A stretch of DNA of 64,000 bases, taken from assembly GCA_013286205.1 (NCBI GenBank), contig JABDGD010000005.1, positions 15,003 to 79,002 on the forward strand. The letters are read 5' to 3'. Positions 1-9,656 of this stretch are shown piece after piece (position 1 is the stretch's first letter; each line of letters begins with the position of its first letter). A program made the translations under genes and the position numbers. The notes beneath the pieces are model-generated. The model had not been told where the DNA came from. It ran no database searches and was given only the letters and a program-made list of their open reading frames with translations. Source of the DNA: Candidatus Firestoneibacteriota bacterium (GTDB lineage: Bacteria; Oederibacteriota; Muellerivitia; Muellerivitales; Muellerivitaceae).

Positions 1-111
1 ACCCTCAGCTTGAATGGCGGAATGGTGAACAAATACGTCTTCACCACCGTCCTGGGAGATAAAACCAAAACCTTTTTCATTCTTAAACCACTTCACAGTT
101 CCTTGCGGCAT
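1..111 (-). CDS. csp: Cold-shock protein, CspA family (first 37 codons only; the gene runs off the window start)
   Basis: The reverse complement of 1-111 reads [37 protein letters not shown], with the RNP1 (KGFGFI) and RNP2 (VFVHH) motifs of the cold-shock domain. It is absent from the ORF track because there is no stop in the window. Confidence 0.85.
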   Translation of the reverse strand, partial: MPQGTVKWFKNEKGFGFISQDGGEDVFVHHSAIQAEG

Positions 112-293
112 TGTTTGAAACCTCAACTTTTTTTCTAAAAATTTAACTGCACCAACTCGACCTGTCGAAGCACCGCTTTGGAGTAGTTATAGTACAGGAA
201 TTAGCCCCAATAAGTTCATTCGGAGGGCATTTATCCCATTTAAATCATTAAACAAAGGGTAATTTGATGATTTTAGCTGAGGATGGCGGGTGA

Positions 294-797
294 TTAAGCT
301 TTTTGACCGCTCATGTTGTGAATCATTTTGGTAATGCTTTTTTGGTTTATGGACAGGGCTTTCAAGTGGGCGTGGTAAACATTTCGGCCCAGTTCGTTAT
401 CGCTGTCAACGCGGGTGACATTCGCGAGAAACATCAGTTCGCTTTGATAGCTGGGGAAGTGAAGCATCACTTCCATCAACACGTCCGAATAGGTCACGCT
501 TTGAGTCAGCAAAGACAGGTGGGTTTTAAAAATGTCTTTGTAAATAGCTTTGTAAAACATCGCTTCTTCAGCTTTTTTCACGAAATGTTTCTCAGTTGTT
601 TGGGAATAATACTCATGGGGGATAATTTTTTTATCCTCGGGGGTTCCGACTACCCGGTAATGAGCGCGGAGAGTGGCCACTACCCGGCCTTCTTCGCGTT
701 TTTCGACCCAGCCCGAAAGATGCTCATTCAGCCATTCGTCGGTGGGATTGTAGACTCCAGGTATATGCAAAACTGGCCTCGTTCTTAAATATTTCAC
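294..797 (-). CDS. Hypothetical protein (167 aa), no family recognised
   Basis: ORF track. GTG start preceded by AGGA. The composition is protein-like (K/E/D/L), unlike the F/V/G/H-rich mirror ORF 303-788(+). Confidence 0.45.
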   Translation of the reverse strand: MKYLRTRPVLHIPGVYNPTDEWLNEHLSGWVEKREEGRVVATLRAHYRVVGTPEDKKIIPHEYYSQTTEKHFVKKAEEAMFYKAIYKDIFKTHLSLLTQSVTYSDVLMEVMLHFPSYQSELMFLANVTRVDSDNELGRNVYHAHLKALSINQKSITKMIHNMSGQKA

Positions 798-974
798 TCA
801 TCCTATCGGCAGAAAACCAAAAAAACACACTGAAAAGTAAAGTGTTGCAAGACTTTTAAGTTTATCACCTTTTTTTGACGGAAGTAGACCCATGGCCATT
901 TTTATGGATTCTAAAAGCCCCATTTCAAACGATGTGAGTACAATTAAACACGAAGCATTTACCTGGAGGGGCTG

Positions 975-1313
975 ATGAAAGATATTTGGAAATATATTGT
1001 TTTGATTTTCGTCGCCGTTGGATGTGTGCCAAGTAATTCCACAGTTGAAAATAAAGCTTTGGCTCCCGGCAGTATGGAAGAGAAGAGAGCGGTATCCGAG
1101 GTGAAGCGTTTAGCGGTTCAACATGGATATCACCCGGAAAAGATGGATCTTCAGATCAAAGCGAACCCAGAAACCGGTGATTTCTCAGTTTTTCTATTTC
1201 CTAAAACCACGGACGTCAGGGAGTTTCACCGTGAACTGGGCCTCTTTGCCATTGTTAAGGCCCAATCGGGGGAGCTCATTCGTTTTAGCGACCCCAAAAC
1301 CGATCCTAAGTGA
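975..1313 (+). CDS. Hypothetical lipoprotein (112 aa)
   Basis: GGAGGGG Shine-Dalgarno just upstream of the ATG. Hydrophobic N-terminus ending in a lipobox-like VAVGC. Confidence 0.5.
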   Translation: MKDIWKYIVLIFVAVGCVPSNSTVENKALAPGSMEEKRAVSEVKRLAVQHGYHPEKMDLQIKANPETGDFSVFLFPKTTDVREFHRELGLFAIVKAQSGELIRFSDPKTDPK

Positions 1314-1314
1314 A

Positions 1315-2004
1315 TTAGTGGAATGGATCCGCGTGGGCTGTATCCAGCATGAAACGGATGCCAAACCGGCCGTCAAAAACCTGAGTTAAATTCTGCCAAA
1401 AAATTAAATGATCTAAAACTTCCGTGTATAGAGAAACCTCATGGCCGTTGCCCACAGGAAAGTCCATTCCGGCGCCAAAATTCATACCCAAGAGTATTTC
1501 GTATCCGTTGGTAACTAAGGGGATTCCCTGAGTGGCGACTTCCGAGCCTGGCGGCGGCGGGGGCGGATCGATCACCAAGTCCGCGCCTACGCCTCCCACT
1601 AAATAAAATGAACCGTTGAAGCGGTGATGGACATAATCCCATTTGTTGTTAAGGGGATACCAGCGCATATTGACGGAAAGAGAAACGTCATCGGTCGGTT
1701 GAACTACTGTGACTGCATTAGACGCTGTGGGTAAGACTTGGATGGTGGTTGGTATGGAAAGAGTGACTGGCAAATTTGGCATGGTGAAATAATCCACCGC
1801 GAAAAAACCGTCCCAGCGGTCAGAGACGCTCACGCCCATCCAGGCGCCTATTTCGGGCGCGGGTCCGTTTGCGGCAATGAAGCCAGTCGGTTCCTCGGCG
1901 CCGGTGTGAAACATGAGGCTGAAATTTGGCATTTCACCGTTTTCGGCCCAAGCGGAGGCGGTCAGACAAAAGAGTAGGAGTAACAAGAGGGTTAATTTTT
2001 TCAT
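1315..2004 (-). CDS. Secreted, beta-barrel-like hypothetical protein (229 aa)
   Basis: Classic signal peptide MKKLTLLLLLLFCLTASAWA. Gly/aromatic-rich alternating strand pattern and an internal PPPPPP loop. Confidence 0.5.
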   Translation of the reverse strand: MKKLTLLLLLLFCLTASAWAENGEMPNFSLMFHTGAEEPTGFIAANGPAPEIGAWMGVSVSDRWDGFFAVDYFTMPNLPVTLSIPTTIQVLPTASNAVTVVQPTDDVSLSVNMRWYPLNNKWDYVHHRFNGSFYLVGGVGADLVIDPPPPPPGSEVATQGIPLVTNGYEILLGMNFGAGMDFPVGNGHEVSLYTEVLDHLIFWQNLTQVFDGRFGIRFMLDTAHADPFH

Positions 2005-2056
2005 CGGCGCTATTTTAAGCGCGAAAAGCTCTGTCGGGGAATAAACCCGGTGAAAA

Positions 2057-3268
2057 TCAGCTTAAAGATTTTTGTACGCGGATGATGTGGGACTTTCGGC
2101 GTTTTTTGGGCTGAGGAACACCCAAGGCCGACTGTACTTTACGGCCATTGTGATTTTGAATCAGTGTTTCGTATTGGGAAATCAGCCGGCCGTTAATCGC
2201 GGACCAATTGTAATGCTCGGCGGTTTCCAAAGCTTTTTCGCGAAGCTTTTTGGCCCGGACGGGGTAGCGGAGCACCCATTCAATCTGCCGGGCAAAATCC
2301 ACACCGTCGTAGGGATTCGCCAAAAGACCGTCCTCTTGATGATGGATGATGTCCGCGGAGCCGCCTTTGTTGGCCCCGATTACCGGTAAGCCTGAAGCGA
2401 AGGCTTCTAAAACCACGTTGCCGAATGTTTCGGTAGTGGAGGGGAAAACAAAGAAGTCAGACGAAGCGTAAACTTTAGATAATTCCTGTCCTTTGATAAA
2501 ACCAAAGAAAAGATCATTGGGAAATTTTTCCTTGAGGATTTTGCCGTAGGGGCCGTCGCCAGCGAAACCCAGTTTGAATTGGTAGCCCTTTTGACGGAGG
2601 ATCTGAACGGCTTGAACCAGCTCAGATAGATTTTTTTCCGCTACTAACCGGCCCACAAAAAGAAGCAGCGGCTCTTTGCCTAAGCCCTGGGATTGGCGCC
2701 AGTTCTCATCCCGGTGAAGAGGAGAGAACTTTTGGCGATCAATGCCACGTGGCCATAGCTGAACCCCTTTGAATCCTTTCGAAATTAGTGTAGAGACAGC
2801 TCCGGGCGTGGGGACAAAAGTCATTTGGCTGCGGTTGTGAAACCATTTCATATAGTCCCATCCGGCTTGAAGGGCCCAACCCAAGCCGTAATAAGGGAAA
2901 TAGTCCACGAAATGGGTATGGTAGCCGGCTACGGAAGGCAGTTTGTGACGAAAGGCGTAATTTTGACCGTAGATGGAAATGGGAGTAGGCGCGGAAACAT
3001 GGATGAGGTCGGGTTTGAATTCGTTAAGGATTTTTTCCAGTTTAAAAATAGGCGGTAACCCGACGCGGTAATAGCGGTAGAGCGGAAAGGGAATTGAGGG
3101 GACTTTGATCACCCGGCCGCGCCAAGGTTCAGCGTCTGTGGGCAGACTGGGCGAAATAACGAGAAAGTCAATTTGTTGTTCATTGAGGGTTTCGGCTAAG
3201 CGGGTAAAGGTATGGGCAACGCCGTCGGTGAGCGGGGGAAGGCTTTCAGTAAAGTACGCGATTCGCAA
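2057..3268 (-). CDS. Glycosyltransferase, family 4 (GT-B fold)
   Basis: N-terminal MRIAYFTESLPPLTDGVAHT and C-terminal FPSTTETFGNVVLEAFASGLPVIGANKGGSADII..EDGLL are typical of GT4/group-1 glycosyltransferases. Confidence 0.85.
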   Translation of the reverse strand: MRIAYFTESLPPLTDGVAHTFTRLAETLNEQQIDFLVISPSLPTDAEPWRGRVIKVPSIPFPLYRYYRVGLPPIFKLEKILNEFKPDLIHVSAPTPISIYGQNYAFRHKLPSVAGYHTHFVDYFPYYGLGWALQAGWDYMKWFHNRSQMTFVPTPGAVSTLISKGFKGVQLWPRGIDRQKFSPLHRDENWRQSQGLGKEPLLLFVGRLVAEKNLSELVQAVQILRQKGYQFKLGFAGDGPYGKILKEKFPNDLFFGFIKGQELSKVYASSDFFVFPSTTETFGNVVLEAFASGLPVIGANKGGSADIIHHQEDGLLANPYDGVDFARQIEWVLRYPVRAKKLREKALETAEHYNWSAINGRLISQYETLIQNHNGRKVQSALGVPQPKKRRKSHIIRVQKSLS

Positions 3269-3358
3269 AAGCTTCCTCCAAAAGAATTTTCTTTCGGAAG
3301 AACAAGATAAAGGTTGTTGGGTGAGGGTCTGTGAAAGAGGGGTAACTTTTAGGTTAAA

Positions 3359-4894
3359 TCAATTTCGCCAGACACTGCGGTCCATGTTGCGGTACTGGAT
3401 AGCCTCGGCGATGTATGAAGGTTTTAGGTTTTCCTCGCCGTCGAGGTCGGCGATGGTGCGGGCGACTTTGAGAATGCGGTCATAAGCCCGGGCTGATAGT
3501 CCGAACTTTTCCATGGCGGTTTTAAGAAGGGCCTGCGAAGGTTCGTCCAACTGGCAATACTTTCTCATTTGAACGGTGTTCATCTGGGCGTTGCAATGAA
3601 TACCATCATCGTTAAACCGCTTTTGTTGAATCGCCCGGGCCTGGCTAATGCGCTCTCTAATAGCGCTGGACGGTTCGGCGGGTGTGGTGTCGGAAATTTC
3701 TTTCCACTTGAGCGCGGGTACTTCGATGTGAAGATCGATACGGTCTAACAAAGGGCCTGAAATTCTTCCGAGATATTTTTGAATTTGATTAGGTGAGCAG
3801 GTGCATTCCCGGGAAGCGTCGGTGTAGTAGCCGCAGGGACAAGGGTTCATAGCGGCAGCCAGCATGAATTGGGCGGGGAAGGTCAGCGTTGATTGAACCC
3901 GCGAGATAGTAACTGTGCCGTCTTCCAAAGGCTGACGCAAAACTTCCAAAACATTTTTATTGAATTCGGGAAACTCATCCAAAAAGAGAACGCCGTGATG
4001 GGCAAGGCTAACTTCGCCTGGTTTTGGAATAGTGCCGCCGCCAATAAGACCCGCGTCAGAAACCGTGTGATGGGGCGAGCGGAAAGCCCGGGTAGCCATG
4101 AGAGCTCTTCTGCGGGGAAGTGTGCCGGCGATGGAATGAATTTTAGTAGTTTGGATGGCTTCTTCCAACGAAAGCGATGGCATGATGGTTGGGAGTCGTT
4201 TGGTGAGCATGGATTTTCCCGACCCAGGAGGCCCAACAAGCAAAATATTGTGCCCGCCAGCGGCGCCGATTTCTAAAGCGCGCTTGGCATTTTCCTGGCC
4301 TTTGACATCGGCAAAATCGACTTTGTAAGTAGAGTGCTGTTTGAACTCTTCCTCGATATCCACCACAACTCGGGAAAGTGTTTTAGCGCCGGTAAGGAAC
4401 TCAACCGCTTCTTTTAGGTTTTTAACCGCGTAAACAGGCACTTCGACAACGACTGCGGCTTCTTTAGCGTTTTCAGCTGGCACTAAAAGGCCGTTGACTT
4501 TGTTGTCTCGGGCAGCCAATGCAATGGGTAAGGCGCCTCGGATAGGTCTAATTTTGCCGTCTAAGGCCAATTCGCCGACTATCCAAAAGCCCTCTACCGC
4601 TTTAGCGGGCAATTTGCCCGAAGCCACTAGAATGCCAATCGCCATGGGGAGGTCAAAAGAAGGTCCTTCTTTTTTGGTATCCGCCGGGGCCAGGTTGACC
4701 GTAATGCGTTGGATGGGAAAGGTAAATTGAGAGTTCGTAATGGCGCTTTTGACCCGGTCTTTGGACTCCTTGACAGCCGCATCCGGCAGTCCTACGGTTT
4801 GGAAGGTCGGCAGGCCGGGGCAGATATCAACCTCGCACTCGACGGGGTAGGCATCGATACCCAAAAGGGCGGCGCTTCTAATGTTCGCTAACAT
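3359..4894 (-). CDS. comM: YifB/ComM family Mg-chelatase-like AAA+ ATPase
   Basis: Lon-like N-domain, Walker A GPPGSGKS, Walker B VLFLDEFPEF, Cys cluster NPCPCGY..CTC and a ChlI-like C-terminus. Full length, 511 aa. Confidence 0.9.
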   Translation of the reverse strand: MLANIRSAALLGIDAYPVECEVDICPGLPTFQTVGLPDAAVKESKDRVKSAITNSQFTFPIQRITVNLAPADTKKEGPSFDLPMAIGILVASGKLPAKAVEGFWIVGELALDGKIRPIRGALPIALAARDNKVNGLLVPAENAKEAAVVVEVPVYAVKNLKEAVEFLTGAKTLSRVVVDIEEEFKQHSTYKVDFADVKGQENAKRALEIGAAGGHNILLVGPPGSGKSMLTKRLPTIMPSLSLEEAIQTTKIHSIAGTLPRRRALMATRAFRSPHHTVSDAGLIGGGTIPKPGEVSLAHHGVLFLDEFPEFNKNVLEVLRQPLEDGTVTISRVQSTLTFPAQFMLAAAMNPCPCGYYTDASRECTCSPNQIQKYLGRISGPLLDRIDLHIEVPALKWKEISDTTPAEPSSAIRERISQARAIQQKRFNDDGIHCNAQMNTVQMRKYCQLDEPSQALLKTAMEKFGLSARAYDRILKVARTIADLDGEENLKPSYIAEAIQYRNMDRSVWRN

Positions 4895-5089
4895 AGTGTT
4901 TCCGTGATTAAATAGTTAAATAAGGCCGATTTCGGGGGATATTATTCAAGGACTTTGGCAAGAATCAAGCGAATATGCTACCTTAAGGCCATAAAACCGA
5001 TGGTTTGGGGGGCCTGTTTCTCTTGAAAAACAGGGGTATGGCCGTTAACATAGCGACCCCAATAGGACAACTTCATTAAAGGTGTGACA

Positions 5090-5365
5090 ATGCCATCGAC
5101 TGAAAAAGTAAAAATTAACGTTCATGAAAAAGATTTCGAAGTTGAACTCTATGAAAAGCAAGGCAAGTTTTACGCGAAAACCCATGTGAACAACTTTGGT
5201 GAAATTGTGGTGGCTGATCTGGGCGGAGGAAAAGACAAGGCTTTGAAGAGCATTCAAGCCCGCATCGGCAACATTGTGATGGCTTTACAGTCTGATGAAG
5301 ACCGCGAAAACCGCCGCAAACAACGCGCTGAGGAATTGGCCAACAAGCAGAACCAAAACAACTGA
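5090..5365 (+). CDS. Hypothetical small protein (~91 aa) with a charged C-terminal tail
   Basis: ORF track (ATG at 5090 after AAAGGTG), followed by a strong terminator. Confidence 0.45.
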   Translation: MPSTEKVKINVHEKDFEVELYEKQGKFYAKTHVNNFGEIVVADLGGGKDKALKSIQARIGNIVMALQSDEDRENRRKQRAEELANKQNQNN

Positions 5366-5417
5366 TTTTTGTGTTCCGACCGCAAGGTTGGGCACTGAGG
5401 GGATCCCCCCCTCTTTG

Positions 5418-5452
5418 AAGCCTCGAATCCCCATTCGAGGCTTTTTTATTTT
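5418..5452 (+). terminator. Rho-independent terminator
   Basis: AAGCCTCGAAT-CCCC-ATTCGAGGCTT perfect 11-bp stem followed by a T-run. Confidence 0.8.
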
Positions 5453-5461
5453 CAGGACTTT

Positions 5462-6889
5462 TTATCTAAAGGAAGCGGATATTTGCAGGCCCACAAAAGG
5501 TCCGCTCAAATCAAAGGCATAAGCGCTGTTGGCGGAGCTTGAAGTCGAGCTCGAGGATGATCCGGAAGAGCCCGAAGAGGCAAAGTTGTAAGTTTGGCCA
5601 TTAGAAGTCCAGCTGGTTCCCATATTCGCTAATTGATATCCCCCAAAAAGAGAAGCCGCAAATATTGAGTCGAAATGCCAATCCACGCCCAATTGAGCCT
5701 GTATGCCAATACCGGAAGTGGAAGCGGAATAGCTGGTGGAGCTGCTCGAAGAGCTGCTTGAGGAAGAACTGCTCGATCCGGGTTCGGTCCAAGTAATCAT
5801 ATGGTACGACACGCCCGCCCCCACAAAGGGCTGCAGATCGCCGGTGTTGATAAAGTATCTGCCGTCTACGCCAAAAGAAATATCCGAAAAGTTATAAGTG
5901 ACGCCGGTGTTATAGATGGTCGCGCCTTGCGACGAAATGGCAGTTAATTGTTCTTGGTAAGTTCCGACGGAATTGTAAGCGATGGGTAAACCAATCTCGA
6001 TATTGGAAGAAATCCGATAAGTGGGCTCCAACGCAAGACTCAAACTTCCGGTAGGTACAACAGCTGTAAAAGTGGTATTGGGGTAGGACTGCTGAATCGT
6101 TTGGGCGGCAGAAAAATCAGTTTGCTCCATTGTCTGTAATAGCGGAATGGTGAAGAGTTGAATGGCCGGTTCTAAACGAATTCCGAAGGTGTTGGGTGTC
6201 GCGTATTGGTTGGAAACAACATAAGTGTTGCTCGAACCGCTAATTCTGGCGGCATAAATTTGTGAATCTACCCACTGCCCGTCATCAATAGAGAGTCTCG
6301 CTTTTAATTTGTTCGAGTAAGCCGCGATGGAATCGTTGGGGTGTTTGAGGTTGCAAATGCCCAGAGCGACCGCCGCGTCTTTATAGTCACCCAGCATCAT
6401 TTGAGAAAAACCTAAGTAATAGTAAGGTTTATAGTTGTTTGGGTCTTGTTGTGCGGCTCTTTGAAAAGACTGTGCCGCAGAGGCATATTGTTTTTGTTGG
6501 AAGTAGCTGACGCCCTGGTCGAAATAAGGATTGCTGGCCGCGGGCGCAGCGGTCGGGGCTGGAGTGGCGCCGACTTTGGCCTGAACCTTGGCAATGAATT
6601 GGGCTAAACCGTCCGAAGGGGATAAGGCTTGAACTCTTTGATAGTCAGCCAGAGCGGCAGAATATTCACCCTGAGCGTAATGACAATTACCACGGCCCTG
6701 TAAAGCGGCGGTGTTGTTGGGGTCCAGTTGAATGGCAGCGCTGAAGTAGCGAATAGCCTGGGCGTAGTTCTGAGCGGTATAAAGCTTAACGCCCGCGTGA
6801 TAGTAATCCGCCGAAGTCGCCGCTTTCGCTTCGGATCCGGCCAATAAAAAACCGACACACAAACAAAAGTACATAAAAATCTTTTTCAT
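5462..6889 (-). CDS. Secreted TPR-repeat protein with a C-terminal beta-barrel-like region and poly-Ser inserts
   Basis: Signal peptide MKKIFMYFCLCVGFLLAGSEAKA. Two TPR blocks (YYHAGVKLYTAQNYAQAIRYF.., YFDQGVSYFQQKQYASAAQSF..). The C-terminal ~270 aa have an alternating strand pattern and two long Ser runs. Confidence 0.6.
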   Translation of the reverse strand: MKKIFMYFCLCVGFLLAGSEAKAATSADYYHAGVKLYTAQNYAQAIRYFSAAIQLDPNNTAALQGRGNCHYAQGEYSAALADYQRVQALSPSDGLAQFIAKVQAKVGATPAPTAAPAASNPYFDQGVSYFQQKQYASAAQSFQRAAQQDPNNYKPYYYLGFSQMMLGDYKDAAVALGICNLKHPNDSIAAYSNKLKARLSIDDGQWVDSQIYAARISGSSNTYVVSNQYATPNTFGIRLEPAIQLFTIPLLQTMEQTDFSAAQTIQQSYPNTTFTAVVPTGSLSLALEPTYRISSNIEIGLPIAYNSVGTYQEQLTAISSQGATIYNTGVTYNFSDISFGVDGRYFINTGDLQPFVGAGVSYHMITWTEPGSSSSSSSSSSSSSTSYSASTSGIGIQAQLGVDWHFDSIFAASLFGGYQLANMGTSWTSNGQTYNFASSGSSGSSSSSTSSSANSAYAFDLSGPFVGLQISASFR

Positions 6890-6943
6890 ATTTTTCCTAA
6901 ATAAATTATCTAATATATTTTAAACGCTCTAAAAATTTCCAGA

Positions 6944-7399
6944 TTACTCAATCCAGAAACTAATAACTTCCAAATTCTTGTTAGCCTGGCGTAAACGGTT
7001 CGACAAAACTTTAATGATGATATCCATCAACTTCAAAGCCGTATGCGGGTTGTCTTTGCGGAGGGTTTGATAGCCTTCCAGCGGAATCATGAGAACAGTG
7101 GAGTCGGTGGTAGCGCGGACCGCGGCAGAACGGGGTTGGCCGTCCAAAAGTGCCATTTCGCCGAAAAACTCACCGGGGTTTAAAACCGCGATGGTGTTTT
7201 CCTGGTTTTTGACTTTCTTTTGAATCTTTACCGCGCCGCTTTTAATGACGTACATGCTATCGCCCTTGGAATCCTCGTCGAAAATCAGCTCGTCTTTTTG
7301 ATAGGTCTTTTCCTGCCCCACTGAACCCAAAGCCTCTAAGTCAGTTCCGTCAAAGGTTTTGAAAGGCGCGTATTTGGCTAGGTAGCTAACTTCAGGCAT
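6944..7399 (-). CDS. Stand-alone cyclic-nucleotide-binding (CAP_ED) domain protein
   Basis: Signature FGEMALLDGQPRSAAVRA. 151 aa with no HTH or other output domain. Confidence 0.8.
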   Translation of the reverse strand: MPEVSYLAKYAPFKTFDGTDLEALGSVGQEKTYQKDELIFDEDSKGDSMYVIKSGAVKIQKKVKNQENTIAVLNPGEFFGEMALLDGQPRSAAVRATTDSTVLMIPLEGYQTLRKDNPHTALKLMDIIIKVLSNRLRQANKNLEVISFWIE

Positions 7400-7529
7400 G
7401 AAAAGGCTCCTTGGGAATGGTTTAGGGGTAAATTCTAGGAAGGTCTACAGAAGAAGCAAACACAAAAATTGTATTTATTTGGCCGGAAATCGGCTTAATT
7501 GCGGGGGAAAGAACAACCGTCTTAAAAGC

Positions 7530-9569
7530 TTAGAAATCGAAGCCGTGTTTGATGTTGTTTTTTGATTTGTCGGTTTTGGCGGCTGGAGCTTCGGTTGTGG
7601 GAGCGGCCAGCGGGACAACGGGCGCAGGCGCGACTGGCTCGGGGATTACTGCGGGAGGAGCTTCAGCTTCTTCAACAACGGGCATTTCAACCGCTGGGGC
7701 TGGAGCGTAAATCGGCGCGGGTTCTTCCATCACGGGAGCAGCCACTGGGGCACTAAGAACTTCAACCGCTTCTAAAATGTCAGTTTCGGCTTCCAGACTA
7801 TTCGTGTCCATTTCACCAATGGCATTCAAGATTTCATTGTCGTCCAGCATAAAACCATCTAGGGCTGAAACGGGCAGGGGCTGATCCATACTGAAAGTGG
7901 GGATGGATTCTTCGTATGTAGGCACTTTGGGAACGGGTGCGGCAACTTTCGGCATCGTGGGCGCAATAGGCGCGGCCGCGACTGGTACGGGCGGTGCTTC
8001 AACCACCGGCGTTTCCTCAACGGTCGGTTCTGCTACTGCGGCGACTGGCATTTCTATTTTAGGCATAGGCGGAGGGTCGACTTTAGGCGCTGCAACAGGA
8101 ACCGGCATAGACGGTATGGCCGGTGGTTTGACTGTCGGCATGGGGGGAGCTGAAACCACAGGAGCTTTGGGAGCGGGCGGCGGTACTGGTGCTTCCACCA
8201 CGGGGGCTTTAATCGTTGGAGGCATAGCCGGCATTTCAAATTTGGGCATGGGCGGCATTGCCGCTGCTGGCGCAGGCGCGGCCGGCATTTCTACTTTCGG
8301 CGTGGGAGGCGCGGTGACGGGCGCAGGGGCCGCTGGTTTGGGTGCGGCTGGCGCGGCGGCAACGGGTGTCTCAGCTGGCGCTGCGGCGGCTTTAGCGGCT
8401 CTGGCCTTAGCCAAAACTTGTCTTAAATATTCTTTAGGGTCGGTGACCTTTACGCCTGCCGCTTCTAAACGGTGAGGAGTAGACGCTTGAGCGGATTCGG
8501 CGGCCGCGGCCGCTTCAGCCAGGCTGGCGTCTTGTTTTTTAATGTTGAGGAGCGCGTTTACTTCATCAATGGTGATGTTTTTCAGACGGGCAAAGCGGGA
8601 AGTGGCCTCGTCCACCATGGCGCCAGTTTCATGAATACGGATAAACTTTTCGTACTCGGCGATGGCCTTTTCGTTAATGCCCTTATTTTCATAAACCTGG
8701 CCCAAAATAAAATGAGCGTTGGCGTAGCTGGGTTCCAGTTTGATGGCGGTGCGGTATTCGTTAATAGCTTGTTTATACAGTTTAAGTTTGTCGTAAATGA
8801 GCCCCATGGTGTTGTGTACCTTGGCACTCTGGGGGTTCAGGGTAATGACCATGGTGAAAGTTTCCAACGCGTTTCTTAAGTCTCCGCCTTTTTCATAAGC
8901 GAAACCTAAGGCCATATAGGCGGCGGTGAAACGGGGATCAATCTTGATGGCTTCCTGAAAGGCTGTGATGGCTTTTTCTAAAAGATCCTGTTTGGCGTAA
9001 AGATTTCCCAGGTCGAAAGCGTTCTTGGCTTTGTTTTTTCCGGTCTTAGCCGCTTCTTCCAAACGCTTTAGCGCGACTTCCATATTACCGACCGCGTCTT
9101 TGTCGATCCCCAAACGGTGGTAAGACTCGGCGTAAGAAGGATCAAGCTCAATGGCGATTTGGAAAACCTGCATAGCTTCCACATATTTGCCCTCGGCAAA
9201 GTAAACGTTGCCCAGGTTGTTGTGAAAGGTAGCGTTCTTAGGGTGGATGGAGATGGCGTCTTCGAAGGTTTTAACCGCTTCGGCGTAGCGCTCACAGCGG
9301 GCCAGGGTTAAACCCAAATTGTTCCAAGCTTCGGGAGAGTTTTTGTCGATCGTGATGACTTTTTTAAAGCTTTGAATGGCTTCTGGATATTGGCCGAGGT
9401 CGGAGTGAAGGAAACCGATAGCCCAATGGGCTTCTTTATAATCAGGATCCACATCGAGGGCTTTTTGAAGCTCTTTAAAAGCTTTGGCGCTATCACCCGT
9501 TTGGGCAAGTTTTTGAGCGGACTCTAAGAGTTCCTTTTTTTTGTCGTCTTTACTGCCGAAGAGCGCCAT
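7530..9569 (-). CDS. TPR-repeat protein with a long Pro/Ala-rich C-terminal half
   Basis: The N-terminal ~330 aa hold about 8 TPR units (AHWAIGFLHSDLGQYPEAIQSF.. and others). The remainder is a P/A/V-rich low-complexity region with recurring MPK[FIV]EMP. No signal peptide. Confidence 0.7.
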   Translation of the reverse strand: MALFGSKDDKKKELLESAQKLAQTGDSAKAFKELQKALDVDPDYKEAHWAIGFLHSDLGQYPEAIQSFKKVITIDKNSPEAWNNLGLTLARCERYAEAVKTFEDAISIHPKNATFHNNLGNVYFAEGKYVEAMQVFQIAIELDPSYAESYHRLGIDKDAVGNMEVALKRLEEAAKTGKNKAKNAFDLGNLYAKQDLLEKAITAFQEAIKIDPRFTAAYMALGFAYEKGGDLRNALETFTMVITLNPQSAKVHNTMGLIYDKLKLYKQAINEYRTAIKLEPSYANAHFILGQVYENKGINEKAIAEYEKFIRIHETGAMVDEATSRFARLKNITIDEVNALLNIKKQDASLAEAAAAAESAQASTPHRLEAAGVKVTDPKEYLRQVLAKARAAKAAAAPAETPVAAAPAAPKPAAPAPVTAPPTPKVEMPAAPAPAAAMPPMPKFEMPAMPPTIKAPVVEAPVPPPAPKAPVVSAPPMPTVKPPAIPSMPVPVAAPKVDPPPMPKIEMPVAAVAEPTVEETPVVEAPPVPVAAAPIAPTMPKVAAPVPKVPTYEESIPTFSMDQPLPVSALDGFMLDDNEILNAIGEMDTNSLEAETDILEAVEVLSAPVAAPVMEEPAPIYAPAPAVEMPVVEEAEAPPAVIPEPVAPAPVVPLAAPTTEAPAAKTDKSKNNIKHGFDF

Positions 9570-9656
9570 GGGGTTCCATTAATTGGTTTGTTGCAGAAAC
9601 GGCGCTTATTGTATCGCCGTTTCTTTTATGAGGTCAATTGGTACAAAGAATAGGTG

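Noticed and set aside
303-788. 161-aa plus-strand ORF overlapping 294-797(-)
   Set aside because: It has a TTG start without an SD and an F/V/G/H-rich composition typical of antisense frames. The minus-strand ORF is preferred, though only with moderate confidence.
3105-3485. 126-aa plus-strand ORF spanning the GT4-comM intergenic region
   Set aside because: It overlaps the 5' end of the GT4 gene and the 3' end of comM on the opposite strand, and has no SD or recognisable motifs.
7897-8475. 192-aa Gly/Ala/Thr-rich ORF on the plus strand
   Set aside because: It is the mirror of the Pro/Ala-rich tail of the TPR protein on the minus strand.
9596-9627. GAAACGGCG-(10 nt)-CGCCGTTTC hairpin followed by TTTT between ffh and the TPR gene
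   Set aside because: It looks like a terminator only in the plus orientation, while both flanking genes are on the minus strand, where no U-tract follows the stem. It may still be an mRNA-stabilising or processing hairpin, but it is not called as a terminator.
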